A stretch of DNA of 64,000 nucleotides from positions 4,154,001 to 4,218,000 of the forward strand of contig NC_043022.1 in the NCBI RefSeq assembly GCF_006345805.1, read 5' to 3'. The notes below the pieces were generated by a model, which was given only the letters and a program-made list of their open reading frames with translations, ran no database searches and had not been told where the DNA came from. Every line of letters begins with the position of its first letter. The stretch's first letter is position 1. This document shows, one piece after another, positions 37,597 through 49,785 of the stretch. The stretch comes from Octopus sinensis. Lineage: Eukaryota. The position numbers were made by a program, and so were the translations under genes.

Positions 37597-38395
37597 ATCA
37601 TCATCATCATTTAACGCCCACTTTCCATGCTGGCATGGGTTGGACAGTTTGACTGAGGATTGGCAAGCCAGTAGGCTCCACCAGGCTAGTCTGATCTGGC
37701 AAGGTTTCTACAGCTGGATGCCCTTCCTAACGCCAACCGCTCCGAGAGTGTAGTAGGTGCTTTTTAAGTGTCACTGGCACAGGTGCCAGTCAGGTGGTAC
37801 TGGCATTGACCATGCTCATATATATGTTGCTTTTTAAATGCCACCAGCATGGGAGCCAATCTGGTGGAACTGGCATCAACCACGCTCAAATGGTGCTTTT
37901 TATGTGCCACTAGCATGGGTGCCAGTCAGGCGGCACTGGCATCGGCCATGATAATGATTTTACTTGGCTCAACAGGTCTTCTCAAGCGCAGTTTATTGCC
38001 CAATGATTGAACGGTACTCGTAAATGGGTCGATTATACAGCACTAGCATAGACAATGGCTAAGGTTTCACTTGGCTTGCCGGGACTTCAGAAGCACAGCA
38101 TATCTCTCCAAAGGTCTTGGTCGCTCCGTGAGGCCCAACATTTGAAGGTTGTGCTTCACCACCTCATACTAAATCTTTCTGGGTCTACCTCTTCCACAGG
38201 TTCCCTTCACTGTTAGAGTGTGACACTTTTTCACACAGCCGTCCTCGTCCATATGCAACACATGACCATACCAGCGCAATCGTCTCTCTTGCACACCACA
38301 TCTGATGCCTCTAATGTCTGACTTTTCTTTCCGAGCGCTTACACACTGACATTACACATCCAGCAGAGCATACTGGCTTCATTTCTTGCAAGCTT
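37597..38395 (-). mobile_element. RTE-clade LINE 3' end with (GAT)n tail
   Basis: Minus frame RRLRWYGHVLHMDEDGCVKKCHTLTVKGTCGRGRPRK; repeat-containing 3' UTR ending gcgttaaatgatgatg. Confidence 0.87.
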
Positions 38396-38905
38396 GTTGT
38401 ATATAAAGCTATCATGGAATATAGCAAATCTTTTATCTTTTGGTTCATTCATTACATTGTGGCCTTCTTGGAGCAGTTTGCTTCTTCAAGTTGGGTACTT
38501 ATTGGTCTACATTACTGAACTGCTAAGTTATGGGGACATAAATAAACCAATGCCAGTTGTCAAGTGGCAATGGGAGTGATAAACACAAAAAAAGACACTG
38601 TGTGTGTGTGTGTGGGGGATCCATAGCCTGTTTTAAGATGGTTTCTACAGTTGGATGGCCTTCCTAATGCCAACTGTTTTATGCATTGTACTAAATGGGT
38701 GACCCTGCAACAGGCTAGCAGCCTGAGCAAGGGGAGTGTAGGCCTGCTTGCCTAGCCATTGGTGTGGCAAAAGAATGCTGAAATGCATTGTGGCCAGCAA
38801 TGTCTAACAACACCCAATAGCCTGGTCGATCACACACACACATGTATCATGCATATATATATATATACACACACACATGAAATGGCATAAAAAAGATGGT
38901 CTCAC

Positions 38906-39059
38906 CTGGTGGCTCGTGCCAACCCGAATTTCTCCCTGCGTTGTCGCCAGCCTTTTGCTTTCAGGATTATAGCCCAAGATATAAAAGAAGGAATCCTGGA
39001 CAGGTTTAAATTCTCGGGCAGACACAATATCTTTGAAATGTTGAACCTTACATCTGCCT
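38906..39059 (-). CDS. RERE: RERE coding exon (154 nt; end of BAH, start of ELM2: [51 protein letters not shown])
   Basis: Acceptor ctttatttcag and donor CAG|gtgaga. [12 protein letters not shown] and QGEIRVG.SHQ are RERE signature motifs. Phase 2 in, phase 0 out. Confidence 0.97.
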
Positions 39060-39232
39060 CTGAAATAAAGAAGAAAAAGAAAAAGAAAAGAAAACGTGAT
39101 AATTCAATTAATAAATCAAGTTAGGTTGTGGCAATGACAAGAAAAATTTGCAAATCAAAACCAATTCAGAATTTCTAATTTAAGTGTTTAGTATTTAGCT
39201 TTTTCATTCAACCCTTCAGTATGTCAACCAGA

Positions 39233-39610
39233 GGAGGCGCAATGGCCCAGTGGTTAGGGCAGCGGACTCGCGGTCGAAGGATCGTGGTTTCAATTCCCAG
39301 AGCGGGCATTGTGAGTGTTTATTGAGCGAAAACACCTAAAGCTCCACGAGGCCCCGGCAGGGGATGGTGGTGATCCCTGCTGTACTCTTTCACCACAACT
39401 TTCTCTCACTCTTCCTGTTTCTGTTGTACCTGTATTTCAAGGGGCCGGCCTTGTCACTCTCTGTGTCACGCTGAATATCCCCGAGAACTACGTTAAGGGT
39501 ACACGTGTCTGTGGAGTGCTCAGCCACTTACACGTTAATTTCACGAGCAGGCTGTTCCGTTGATTCGGATCAACCGGAACCCTCATCGTTGTAACCGACG
39601 TAGTGCTTCC
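39233..39610 (+). mobile_element. tRNA-Arg-like SINE (family C), full length
   Basis: A box tggcccagtgg and B-box-like ggtttcaattccc; same body and tail as 1072-1452. Confidence 0.88.
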
Positions 39611-39624
39611 ACATGTCAACCAGA

Positions 39625-40145
39625 CATACGTGGACCAAATATTCCTCCTGTTTTATATTCAAACTGGCCAGATCCAGCCTCTCACACTTACCCAACAATG
39701 TCATTCTAAAAATAAACAATCCCATCATTGAAATTTCATGAGATAATGAGATGATGCATGATTAATTGAAAACAACGTGGATAAATAAGCATTCTATTTG
39801 ATTGAGTAACCTAAATGCTAAAGGGTTGAATCAACCAAATCAGGCCCAAATATTCTACTGGTTTTTATGCTCAAACCAGCCAGATCTGGCTTCTCACACC
39901 CACTCTACAATGCCATTCTAAAAAGAAACAATCATATCATTGAAATCTCAAAGCTATAAGATAATCCAGGATTTAAAACAATGTGAATAAGTAAGGTTTA
40001 GACTGCTAAAAGATTGAATCAGCCGTATCCAGCCCAAGTATTCTACCTGTTTTATGACCACACTGGCCATGTTTGGTCTCTCACACCTATCATACAATGT
40101 CATTATAAACATAGACGAATTGAAATCTTACAGCTATGAGATAAC
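39625..40145 (+). mobile_element. Head-to-tail array of three piggyBac-type MITE family 2 units
   Basis: aatattc...ccagatc...tctcacac...acaatg.cattctaaaa...gctaaagggtt repeated with a period of about 190-210 bp. Confidence 0.7.
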
Positions 40146-40169
40146 TGCACGAAATAACTGTAGCTATAC

Positions 40170-40572
40170 TCTCTCTCTCTCTTTTACTCTTTTACTTGTT
40201 TCAGTCATCTGACTGCGGCCATGATGGAGCACCGCCTTTAGTCGAGCAAATCGACCCCGGGACTTATTCTTTGTAAGCCCAGTACTTATTCAATCGGGCT
40301 CTTTTGCCGAACCGCTAAGTGACGGGGACGTAAACACACCAGCATTGGTTGTCAAACAATGCTAGGGGGACACACACATACACACACACACTTATATATA
40401 TATACATATATATGACAGGCTTCTTTCAGTTTCCGTCTACCAAATCCACTCACGAGGCATTGGTCGGCCCGGGGCTATAGCAGAAGACACTTGCCCAAGA
40501 TGCCACGCAGTGGGACTGAACCTAACCATGTGGTTGGTTAGCAAGCTACTTACCACACAGCCACCCCTGCGC
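40170..40572 (-). mobile_element. SINE family A, flanked by direct repeat gctatgagataactg
   Basis: Inserted into the third MITE unit, whose remainder resumes at about 40573. Confidence 0.88.
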
Positions 40573-41137
40573 TATGAGATAACTGAAAACAATATGAATA
40601 AATAAGCATTACATTTGACGGGGTAAAGGCCTGTGCAGGGTGCTTGCGACACAATGGGTTCAACTTAATGCAAGTGGTGATATAAAGCCAGGTGATGGAT
40701 TACACCCGTTACCCAAGTGCAGGCTTCCTCACAGTTTCCACGTAATCAGTTTTTGCTCAGAAAGTATTGGTCAACCACAGTCTATGTATATCTGCCCGAA
40801 GACACCTAAGTCAATCTTCTTATAACAACTTCCACCTTCACGAGCTTCATTGGAGTCAGCAACTCGTGAGTCACCAAGGTGGCGGTTCTCTGAGTTTTGC
40901 ACCTTCTCTCAAGAGTTTTTTTCCCCCATTGGCTAGTTACTGGCTTTTAGGTTGATCAGGGTCTAATCTTTGCTTATATAAATGCAGGCATGGCTCTGTG
41001 CTAAACTGTTCGCTTTCCAACCACATGCTTCCTGGTTCAGTCCCACTTCATGCCACCCCTACTCTAGCCTCGGGTTGACCAAAGCCTTGTGAGTGTGGAT
41101 TTGGTAGACAGAAACTGTAAGAAACCTGTTGTGTGTA

Positions 41138-41188
<51 letters not shown>

Positions 41189-43013
41189 GTATATAAATAT
41201 ATATGTGTGTGTGTGTGAAATGGGGGTTCAGCAGAAGAGACTGATAGAATAGGTACAAGGCTTTTACAAAAAAAGTACTGGGAGTTAAATAGCTTATGAA
41301 CACCTTCCAAGCTGCAATTGTTATATATATATATATACATATATACACACACACACACCATTTTGATTTTGAATTTGTTAAAAAAAGCAAATGAAAGCAC
41401 AAATAAATAAAGGATTATCCAAAATTCTGACTGCCTCCCTTTTCTCAACACACACACACACACACACAACACACATTAGTTATGTTGGTTTTAATATACC
41501 CCACAGAATGGACATTGAACAAAATCTACTTAAAAATAATTCTGCAGTAAGTAAAAGATAAAATGATCTCAATGACTGACATTTCAATCACTTCGGAAAG
41601 TAAGAGAAACAACTGTGGACATGTTTCAGTCTTCTTAGATCTCCTCAGCGAAGCGTAAACTCTATGCAATTTAATGAAGAAGTAATGACTCACTAATTTC
41701 ATGCAAAATATGGTACATGACAACGTACAGAAAACCAGCACTACTTGAAATAAATTATTGAAGTTATGATATTTTAATTTGTACCACAGTGGTTTATGAT
41801 TTAAAAAAAATTTTTTTTGAAATTGTCATCATCATTTAATGTCCATTTTCCATGCTGGCATGGGTTGGACAGTTTGACAAGAACTGGGAAACTGGAGAGC
41901 TGCACCAGATTCTAGTTGACTGGTTTTGGCAAGGTTTCTGTGGCTGGATGGCCTTCGTGATGTCCACCACGTTACAGGGCACTACATGCTTTATATATGG
42001 CACCCACACAGAGACCTTTTAATGTGTCACAAACATGAGTGCTTTTACATGATGACACCTGCATGAGTGCTTTTAATGTGGCACTGACACAAGTGCTTTA
42101 CATGTGGCACCAGAATGGGTGGTTTCAATGCGACACCAGGTATTTCCTTCTGAGAAACATATTACACAGGAATTCTCTTTTTCTCTCTCAGAAATAATCT
42201 CCAATTTTCTTCCAAACTACATTACCTTTGGCACAAAACACATTTCCAAGAATTGTTTCCTGACCTTAAGAATCTTTCGTCTTATTATGAAGTAATAAAA
42301 CAACATAATCAGGTATGTAGGTACATGTGTAGTCCTTAAACTAGGCATCAGGAATGGGGTACCAACTAGAGAGGGTACAAATCCCTAAACACTCCCTCCA
42401 TCAGTTATAATGAGGGTTCCAGTTGATCCGATCAACAGAATAACCTCCTTGTGAAATTAATGTACAAATGACTGAGTACTCCACAGAAATTTGTACCCTT
42501 AATGTAGTTCTCAGAGAGATTCAATATGACACAATGTGAACAAACTGACCCCAATGTTTATTATTGTCGTTCTTTTTTTTCTTTTGCTAACCTTGGTACT
42601 TATTCTATCCATATACTAAGTTACAGGGATGTAAACACACCAACACTGGTTAAGCATGAGGAGACACACACACATTCATACTGACAAGGTTTTGGTTGGC
42701 TCAAGGCCATAGTAGAAGACATTTGCCCAAGGTGCCATACAGTGGGACTGAACTCAGAACCCTGTAGTTCAGAAGCAAGCTTCTTACTACACAGCCATGC
42801 TTGTGCCTATATAATGATTTTTTCTTCTTCTTTCAAAATGCAGTTTAATTAGAGAGAAATGCATTTTTAAAACTTGTATTCGAAATAAAACAAGATTTCC
42901 ATTACCAAAGATGAAACAAAAGTAATTTGGTTTCAAATTTTGGCACAAGGCCAGCAATTTCGGGGGAGGGGGATAGGTGATTATATTGACTCCCAGTGCT
43001 CAACAGGTATTCA

Positions 43014-43285
43014 CTTCAGGAGTGGCTTCCGTGCAGGTGGCACGTAAAATGCACCAATCCGACTGTGGCCATTTGCCAGCCTCGCCTGGCACCAGTGCAG
43101 GTGGCATGTAAAAAGCACCCACTACACTCACGGAGTGGTTGGCGTTAGGAAGGGCATCCAGCTGTAGAAACATTGCCAGATAAGACCGGAGCCTGGGGCA
43201 GCCTTCTGGCTTCCCAGATTCCTGGTCGAACCGTCCAAACCATGCTAGCATGGAGAACGGACGTTAAACGATGATGATGATGATG
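43014..43285 (+). mobile_element. (GAT)n-tailed RTE-related SINE nested in a family-B SINE
   Basis: Tail matches 8337-8490; family-B halves at about 42940-43010 and 43303-43395. Confidence 0.8.
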
Positions 43286-43605
43286 AGGAGGAGGAGGAGG
43301 AGGATGAAAGGCAAAGTCGACTACGGCAGAAATTTCAACTCAGAACACCAAGATGGATAAGATGCTGCTCAGCAACTTCATCTGGCGTACTAACTCAGCG
43401 GTGGTGCCCCAGCATGGCTGCGGCCTTCGGGCTAAAACACTTTTAAGGATTTAAGGATTTAACTACTCCACCACATTGAAACAACACAAATATTGAAAAG
43501 CCTAATGTGTAGATATTTTTGTAGATGCAATCAGCTTGTTCTTTATTCGACAAGTGTCTTTCAATTGCTTTAGTTTGGCCGGAAGAGGGCTAGCGGTGAA
43601 GGAAC

Positions 43606-43866
43606 CAGGGCTGTGGAGTCGAAACGGAAAACTTTGATGGTGACTCCTCTTTATGACCATACCAGCACAGTCGCCTCTCATGTACACCACATCTGATTGT
43701 GGTCTACGCATCTCGTAAAGCATATGCATACGCTTATACTCTGAGTAGGCCTCTATGTTATAACTCGCTTATATTAAGGAATAAAGATACTGGGAGTTGG
43801 TATAGCTTTACCAACTCAGACTCCAGCTAGCCCTTAACTGTTTCTGACTCTGGCCCCACAGCCCTG
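43606..43866. mobile_element. MITE with CAGGGCTGTGG...CCACAGCCCTG terminal inverted repeats (hAT-like)
   Basis: TIRs seen directly; no convincing 8-bp TSD. Confidence 0.7.
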
Positions 43867-44581
43867 GATGAATGAAACCTTGGGAAACATAACACAAAAC
43901 AAGTACAGTGACTGTGTGTACCAGTAATATACAAAAATAGAGCCATCTTGTTCTTGGCCAGACCTGTCTGGTTTGAACATAAAAAAAGGTAGAATAGTAT
44001 GGCCAGAAATTCTGGTGGTTTAAATGCTGAAGAGTTAAAACACTCAAGAGATGCAGTCTGATAATACTTCCATGAAGGATGGCAGGAAGAAGTGGTAAAA
44101 GACACACAGTAACGTACAAAGATAGAGACATCTTGTTCTTGACAATGGGAAAAGTTGCTAAAAATATAAAGCTTACCAAATATACTTGTTGTATGTCTGT
44201 ATCTTGGGAGGGTCATTTTACCAATGGGGAAACAGCTGCACATTGGTTCTGTTTTATTTCCTTTTATTACTTTATTTAATTACCTAGTTGACTAATTAAT
44301 TGATTGCCTTATCAATAACTTGATCAAATGTTGCCAACCATGACCTCCTCAGTGACTAGTTATGTCATATTTTGGCAAAAAAAAAAGAAAAAGAAAAAAG
44401 ATTCTTGCAAGCAGAGTGACATCTGTTCCAACACAATTTCACATGATCATGCTCTACATACATACAAAAAGTGTGTGTGTGTGTGTGTGTGTGTGTTTAT
44501 ATGCATATAGAGACAGTTTTGTGTATGTATTAATATTAAGAAGTGTAGGAAAGTCAGAAGATAAGAGTGAAGGCTGCCTAC

Positions 44582-44678
44582 CTTAATGTTGCTACCTGGT
44601 AGGTGTCACATACATCAGAGATGAATAATTCCCGGGAACTGATCAAAGGATCCTTTATAGCAAGGTCAATGCCAGATT
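44582..44678 (-). CDS. RERE: RERE/Atrophin-2 coding exon (97 nt; BAH domain C-terminal part: SGIDLAIKDPLISSRELFISDVCDTYQVATL-R)
   Basis: Acceptor tttttttcag and donor AAG|gtaggc. Peptide resembles the RERE BAH motif DP..(N/S)RELFISD..DTY....LRGKC. Phase 1 in, phase 2 out, matching the next exon. Confidence 0.93.
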
Positions 44679-44807
44679 CTGAAAAAAAGAACACAACAGG
44701 GAACACATTTAATAAGGATGATAATGATAATAATAATAATGATAATAATACAATGGCGGTGCCCCAGCATGGCCACAGCTCATGAGCTGAAACTGGAAAA
44801 ATCAAAA

Positions 44808-45175
44808 ATCAAGAGTACTCAGAGAGTACAAAAAAATGCCAAGGCAACATCAATGTCTTCTCAACGATTAGCCAGGGATGATTTTTAAAATGAGAATATC
44901 TGAAATAAACTCGACTGCTCTCACAAATGAGAATACTAAAAATGAACCCAAGTGCTCTCAAAAATTAAATAAAAAAACAGGAAAAATAATACAAAATCCT
45001 TGTCCGGTACCGGATCAATCCTAAAATCTAATAAGTTCGTGCCAATCATGAGGCCAAACATCCCTGAAAGTTTCATCCAAATCCATCCAGCAGTTCTTGA
45101 AATATCTTTGTCCACAGACAAACAAGCAAACATGACTGAAAAAACTACCTCCACTTTCACTAAGGTGGGGGTAAT
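44808..45175 (-). mobile_element. HINE / non-autonomous Helentron-like element
   Basis: Minus strand ttacc.cc.cctt...ggaggt.gtttt, (gttt/gtct) short microsatellite, actgctggatggatttggatgaaact, palindrome tccggtaccgga and terminal ccttggc...ctctctgagtactcttg. This is typical DINE-1/HINE architecture. Confidence 0.7.
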
Positions 45176-45198
45176 AATATTAATAATAATATGCAATA

Positions 45199-45722
45199 CC
45201 AGGCAGTGGCTCTCATGGCTTCTCATCTTAACTGATTGGAAGTTTTATCATGTACATGTTTTGTCTTGGTATAAAAGATGGGGTACAGCAAATATTCTGC
45301 TCAATACCACAGATTTGCTTGTCAGTTGTTTGACCTTAACCAGTTGAGCATGTCCTTTTGGTGGCTGATGATATGTGCATCTCTGATCAAGAGCAGAAGT
45401 AGCAGGGGAGCATCATAGCCATGTGTTGAGAGGGATTCTTTGGGGTTTGGATATTTCACCACTGGAAACACGAGTGTTTCATTCAACATCCTTAAACAAC
45501 CCTTATTCAGAGACCTTTTGAGTGGAATGGGCTACTCGACCTGAAGAAAATTCCTACTGGGCCCCACCTGCAAGATCATATGCTGTTTATCTTGATATGA
45601 GGTTACCATGTTGTGCACATATGGTTGTGATGCATGTGCCTGGTGTATCCTTATCAAGCGTGTAGTCATGATAGGTATACCCCAGTGTTACTTTGATGGC
45701 ATGCACTGCTCTCTCAATAATA
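45199..45722 (+). mobile_element. Non-coding (AAT)n-tailed interspersed element, longer copy
   Basis: Homologous to 32454-32930 with about 65 extra 5' bases; preceded by an aataat-rich tract. Confidence 0.8.
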
Positions 45723-45924
45723 ATTTCAAATATTTGCCACAAGGGCAGCTTGGGGGAGGTGGAGATGAATTGATTATGTTGACCCCAGTGTTCAACTGGT
45801 ACTAATTTTATCAACCCCCAAAAGGATGAAAGGCAAAGTCAACCTTGGTGGAATTTTATTTGACCAGTTTCAACATAAAACAGAAAATATTTGAGCTGGA
45901 TATTATTTTTTTAACCCTTTTAAC

Positions 45925-46180
45925 TTCCAGTGGTGCATAAAAAGCACCATTCAAGCACGGTTAATACCAGTGGTGTTTGACTGGCCACTGTGCCGGTGGC
46001 ATGTACAAAACACCCATTACACTCTCAGAGTGGTTGGTGTTAGGAAGGGCATCTAGCCGCAGAAACCATGCCAAAACAGACTGGAGTTTGGTGCAACCTC
46101 CTGGCTTGCAAGTCCTCGGTCAAACCATCCAACCCATGCCAGCATGGAAAGCGGACATTAAACGATGATGATGATGATGA
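45925..46180 (+). mobile_element. (GAT)n-tailed RTE-related SINE
   Basis: aggaagggcatc...cccatgccagcatggaaagcggacattaaacgatgatg. Confidence 0.8.
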
Positions 46181-47094
46181 TTACTCCATCAAATGCAATG
46201 CTTTTTTTATCCACATTGTTTTGGATTAATCATGCATTATATCGTAGCTTTGATGTGATTGTTTAATTCTGGAATGACATTGGAGGGCAGGTGTGAGAGG
46301 CTAAATCTGGCCTGTTTGAACATGAAACAGGTAGGAGTATTTTGGCCAGACATGGCAAATTTAAATGCTAGAGTTAAAACCCTCAAGAGATGCAGTATGT
46401 TAACACAGTGACCTTACAAGAAAGAAGTGCTGAGACACACAGGTCCCATTAAACCATCGAAGACAATGAGGGAGCACTTGCTAGAAATAGAAACCAAGTC
46501 TTCATCAAATTACATCCTACTGTTTCGAAAACAGAGGGACACACTGAATAATCCAACCAGCCATCCATCCACCTTCTGAGCTCCCTATTCTTGGGAGGTT
46601 GTGGGAGTACTATCCTTAGGTACCTCCTCCATAGGATCCTATCAGAAACAGTCATCATTACTCTCTCATGTCAAATTCTCAAATGTGACCACCACTGAAT
46701 AATGAAGTCCAGAAACAACAATGGATGATCATGGTCAGTATGACTGAGAGCATAGGTCTGTTCAATCAGGACTGACCAAGGGCTAAATAACAACAGCAAC
46801 AAGCGGATTAGAGCAATTGATTATTAAGTGTATTTAGTAAAAGTAAGGCCCTGACCAAAGCCACCTTCAGCCAAAGCTAAAACAGATTTGTTAATCTATC
46901 GCCTCAGCTGGTCGCAGTTCTTCACAAACATTACAGATCATTAAATTAATCTGCAGTTAATTACAATAAGACTTATTGAACTTGCAGTGTCTGGACTAGA
47001 ATTACAGCCACTTAATCTCACAAATATGACACCACTTAAATAATGACATTAACAACAATAGAGTCAAAATGGAAATCATTCTTTATATGATCAA

Positions 47095-47641
47095 TATTAT
47101 TATCATTATCATCATTATTATTATTATTATCATCATTATCATTATCATTAAAGCAGCAAGCTTGGCAGAATTGTTAGCATGCTGGACAAAATGCTCAACT
47201 GCATTTCGTCTGTCTTCACATTCTGAGTTCAAATTCCACTGTGGTCGACTTTGCCTTTCACCCTTTCGGGGGTCGATCAATTAAGTACCAGTGAAACACT
47301 GGGGTCGATGTAAACAACTTGTCCCCTCCCATGAAATTTCAGGCCTTGCGCCTTCAATAGAAAGAATTATTATATTATTATTATTATTATTATTATCATT
47401 ATTAAAGTGGTGAGCTGGCAGAATCATTAGCACACTGGATGAAATGCTTAGTGGTATTTCGCCCATCGGTACCTTCTGGGTTCAAATTCCGCCGAGGTTG
47501 ACTTTGCCTATCATCCATTCAGGGTCGATAAATTAAGTACAGTTGCATACTGGGGTCAATCTAATCGACTGTCCCCCTCCCCCAAAATTTCAGGCCTTGT
47601 GCCTAGAGTAAAAAGGATTATCATTATTATCATCATCATTA

Positions 47642-47672
<31 letters not shown>

Positions 47673-47682
47673 TATTATTATT
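47095..47682 (+). mobile_element. Two tandem family-B SINEs, each embedded in (ATT)n tracts
   Basis: SINEs at about 47153-47365 and 47407-47620, with ATT/ATC arrays before, between and after. Confidence 0.85.
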
Positions 47683-48017
47683 CATCAAGTTATTAATGTA
47701 ACAATTTCAGTGACATGAAGAAACAACCTAATTCTTAATAACTGGAAGCAACATTAAAATAAATTTCCATTTCATAAGTCTTAAGAAAAGCGACTTCTTC
47801 GGCTTATTGCCAAACAGTGGCCATCAAAGTAGATTTCTTCACAGTAACATCTCAGTTAATAAGCATTTAACAAATTGTTTTCTTCAGCAACAAGAAATTT
47901 AGAGAAATAAATAAAATTTAAAGACACTTCTTCTGTCTCCTTTATATATATATTTCCTTAGAAATATATTACCATCTAATATTTATGCTGGCAAGGTGAA
48001 AGATGTTAATAATAATA

Positions 48018-48048
<31 letters not shown>

Positions 48049-48232
48049 TAGTGCCATATATTGAATAATGGAATATCTTAGAGTTGAAGTAATTTATAAG
48101 AGGAATTAAATTGGGAGAGAAAAATGGTTGTATGTATGTATATATGCATGTGTATGCGCAACAACATGCATATATATATATATATATATATACATAGACC
48201 TAAATAAATGCAATGTGTATACACATGAACAT

Positions 48233-48274
<42 letters not shown>

Positions 48275-49114
48275 GTAGTTATAGAAACATAAATAAATAT
48301 ACATATACACAAGCATACATATATACTCATACCAATATACATACATACATACATACACATGTATATAGATACCCACACATATATATACATACCCATACTC
48401 ACTCGCACACAATACATATAGACATACACATAACTACACATTAGATAGACAGACGTATACATAACACATCTACACACATTACCTAGACATATCTACTCAC
48501 ATACACACACACACACACATATATATAGACATGTGAGATGAATATTTTTAATATCGCATATAATGAAAAAACCCAAAAACAAAATTCCTGAGATGGAGCG
48601 AGCGAGAGAGAGACAGAGCATCAATCAGACTCCTCCAAGACAACGTAATTGAAAGACATGGATAATTGTGGAACGAAACACAAGTGAATTAAGAGACAAG
48701 AAGAAGATCTTGTTGGAGTTGTTCGGAAAATTAGCTTAAGGAGGAATCTCAGGACAGAACGAGACGGAATTGATGACAGTCGACTCACTGGAATGCAAGA
48801 CTTAAACAACTGCTGCTTTTTAAATAACTTTTAATCAATAGCTAAACCAAAATAATATTCTTCTCTTCTCTGGGGTTTTTTTTTTTTGGGTTTTTTGTTT
48901 TTTTTTTTGCAGTTATTGGGTTTTGGCATTTTTTTTTTTTTTTAATGGAGATGATGCTGAAGATGATGATGATGATGATAAAAAAATAATATGAGATATA
49001 AATGGAAAGATATGAAAATGAACCATCGAGATTTTTAAAGTAGATTCTGTAACAAAAATGGTTGGCGGATTCTTTGTAGAGAATTAAGGAGGATTAAGTT
49101 TGCTTGTAATTGGC

Positions 49115-49347
49115 GAGAGAGAGAGGGAGAGAGAAAGAGAGAGAGAGAAAGAGAGAGAGAGAAGAGAGAGAGAGAGGGAGAGAGAGAGAAAGAGAGAGAA
49201 AAAGAAAGAGAGAGGGAGAGAGAAAGAGAGAGAGAAAAAGAAAGAGAGAGAGGGAGAGAGAGAGAAAAAAGAGAGAGAGAGAGGGAGAGAGAGAGAAAGA
49301 GAGAGAAAAAGAAAGAGAGAGAGAGGGAGAGAGAAAGAGAGAGAGAA

Positions 49348-49380
<33 letters not shown>
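49115..49380. repeat. (GA)n compound microsatellite
   Basis: Direct inspection. Confidence 0.92.
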
Positions 49381-49574
49381 GGGTGGGGATTAGCCTTAGT
49401 TTAGAAGTGTGTCTAACGCTATTCAGAAGGTTGTGTTTGGCAGCAGACGAAGTAGCTGTTGTTTGAACAAAACGCATTAAATGTGTGTCTGATGCATGAG
49501 TATTGTATGATGCGTTTGATGAGTGTGCACAAATGTTTGATGAGAGTATAGTAACTTTTGTTTGATGGATATAT

Positions 49575-49763
49575 ATTTCTTTACTACCCACAAGGGGCTA
49601 CACACACAGAGGGGACAAACGGATTAAGTTGATCACATCGAACCCAGTGCGTAACTGGTACTTAATTTATCGACCTCGAAAGGATGAAAGGCAAAGTCAA
49701 CCTCGGCGGAATTTGAACTCAGAACGTTGCGGTAGACGAAATACGGCTACACATTTCGCCGCC
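49575..49763 (-). mobile_element. SINE family B, 5'-truncated, TSD tttgatggatatatat
   Basis: 16-bp direct repeat at 49561 and 49764. Confidence 0.87.
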
Positions 49764-49785
49764 TTTGATGGATATATATATATAA

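Noticed and set aside
39233-39305. tRNA-Arg gene
   Set aside because: The tRNA-like head runs straight into a SINE body; the acceptor stem is degenerate and there is no terminator.
44594-44596. Internal alternative donor CAG|gtagca in the 97-nt exon
   Set aside because: It would delete 14 nt and shift the frame; the distal donor restores the conserved LRG.C junction.
48783-49080. Possible upstream or alternative exon ending at a gtgagt donor
   Set aside because: The ATG-initiated frame stops before the donor and there is no RERE similarity; unsupported without RNA data.
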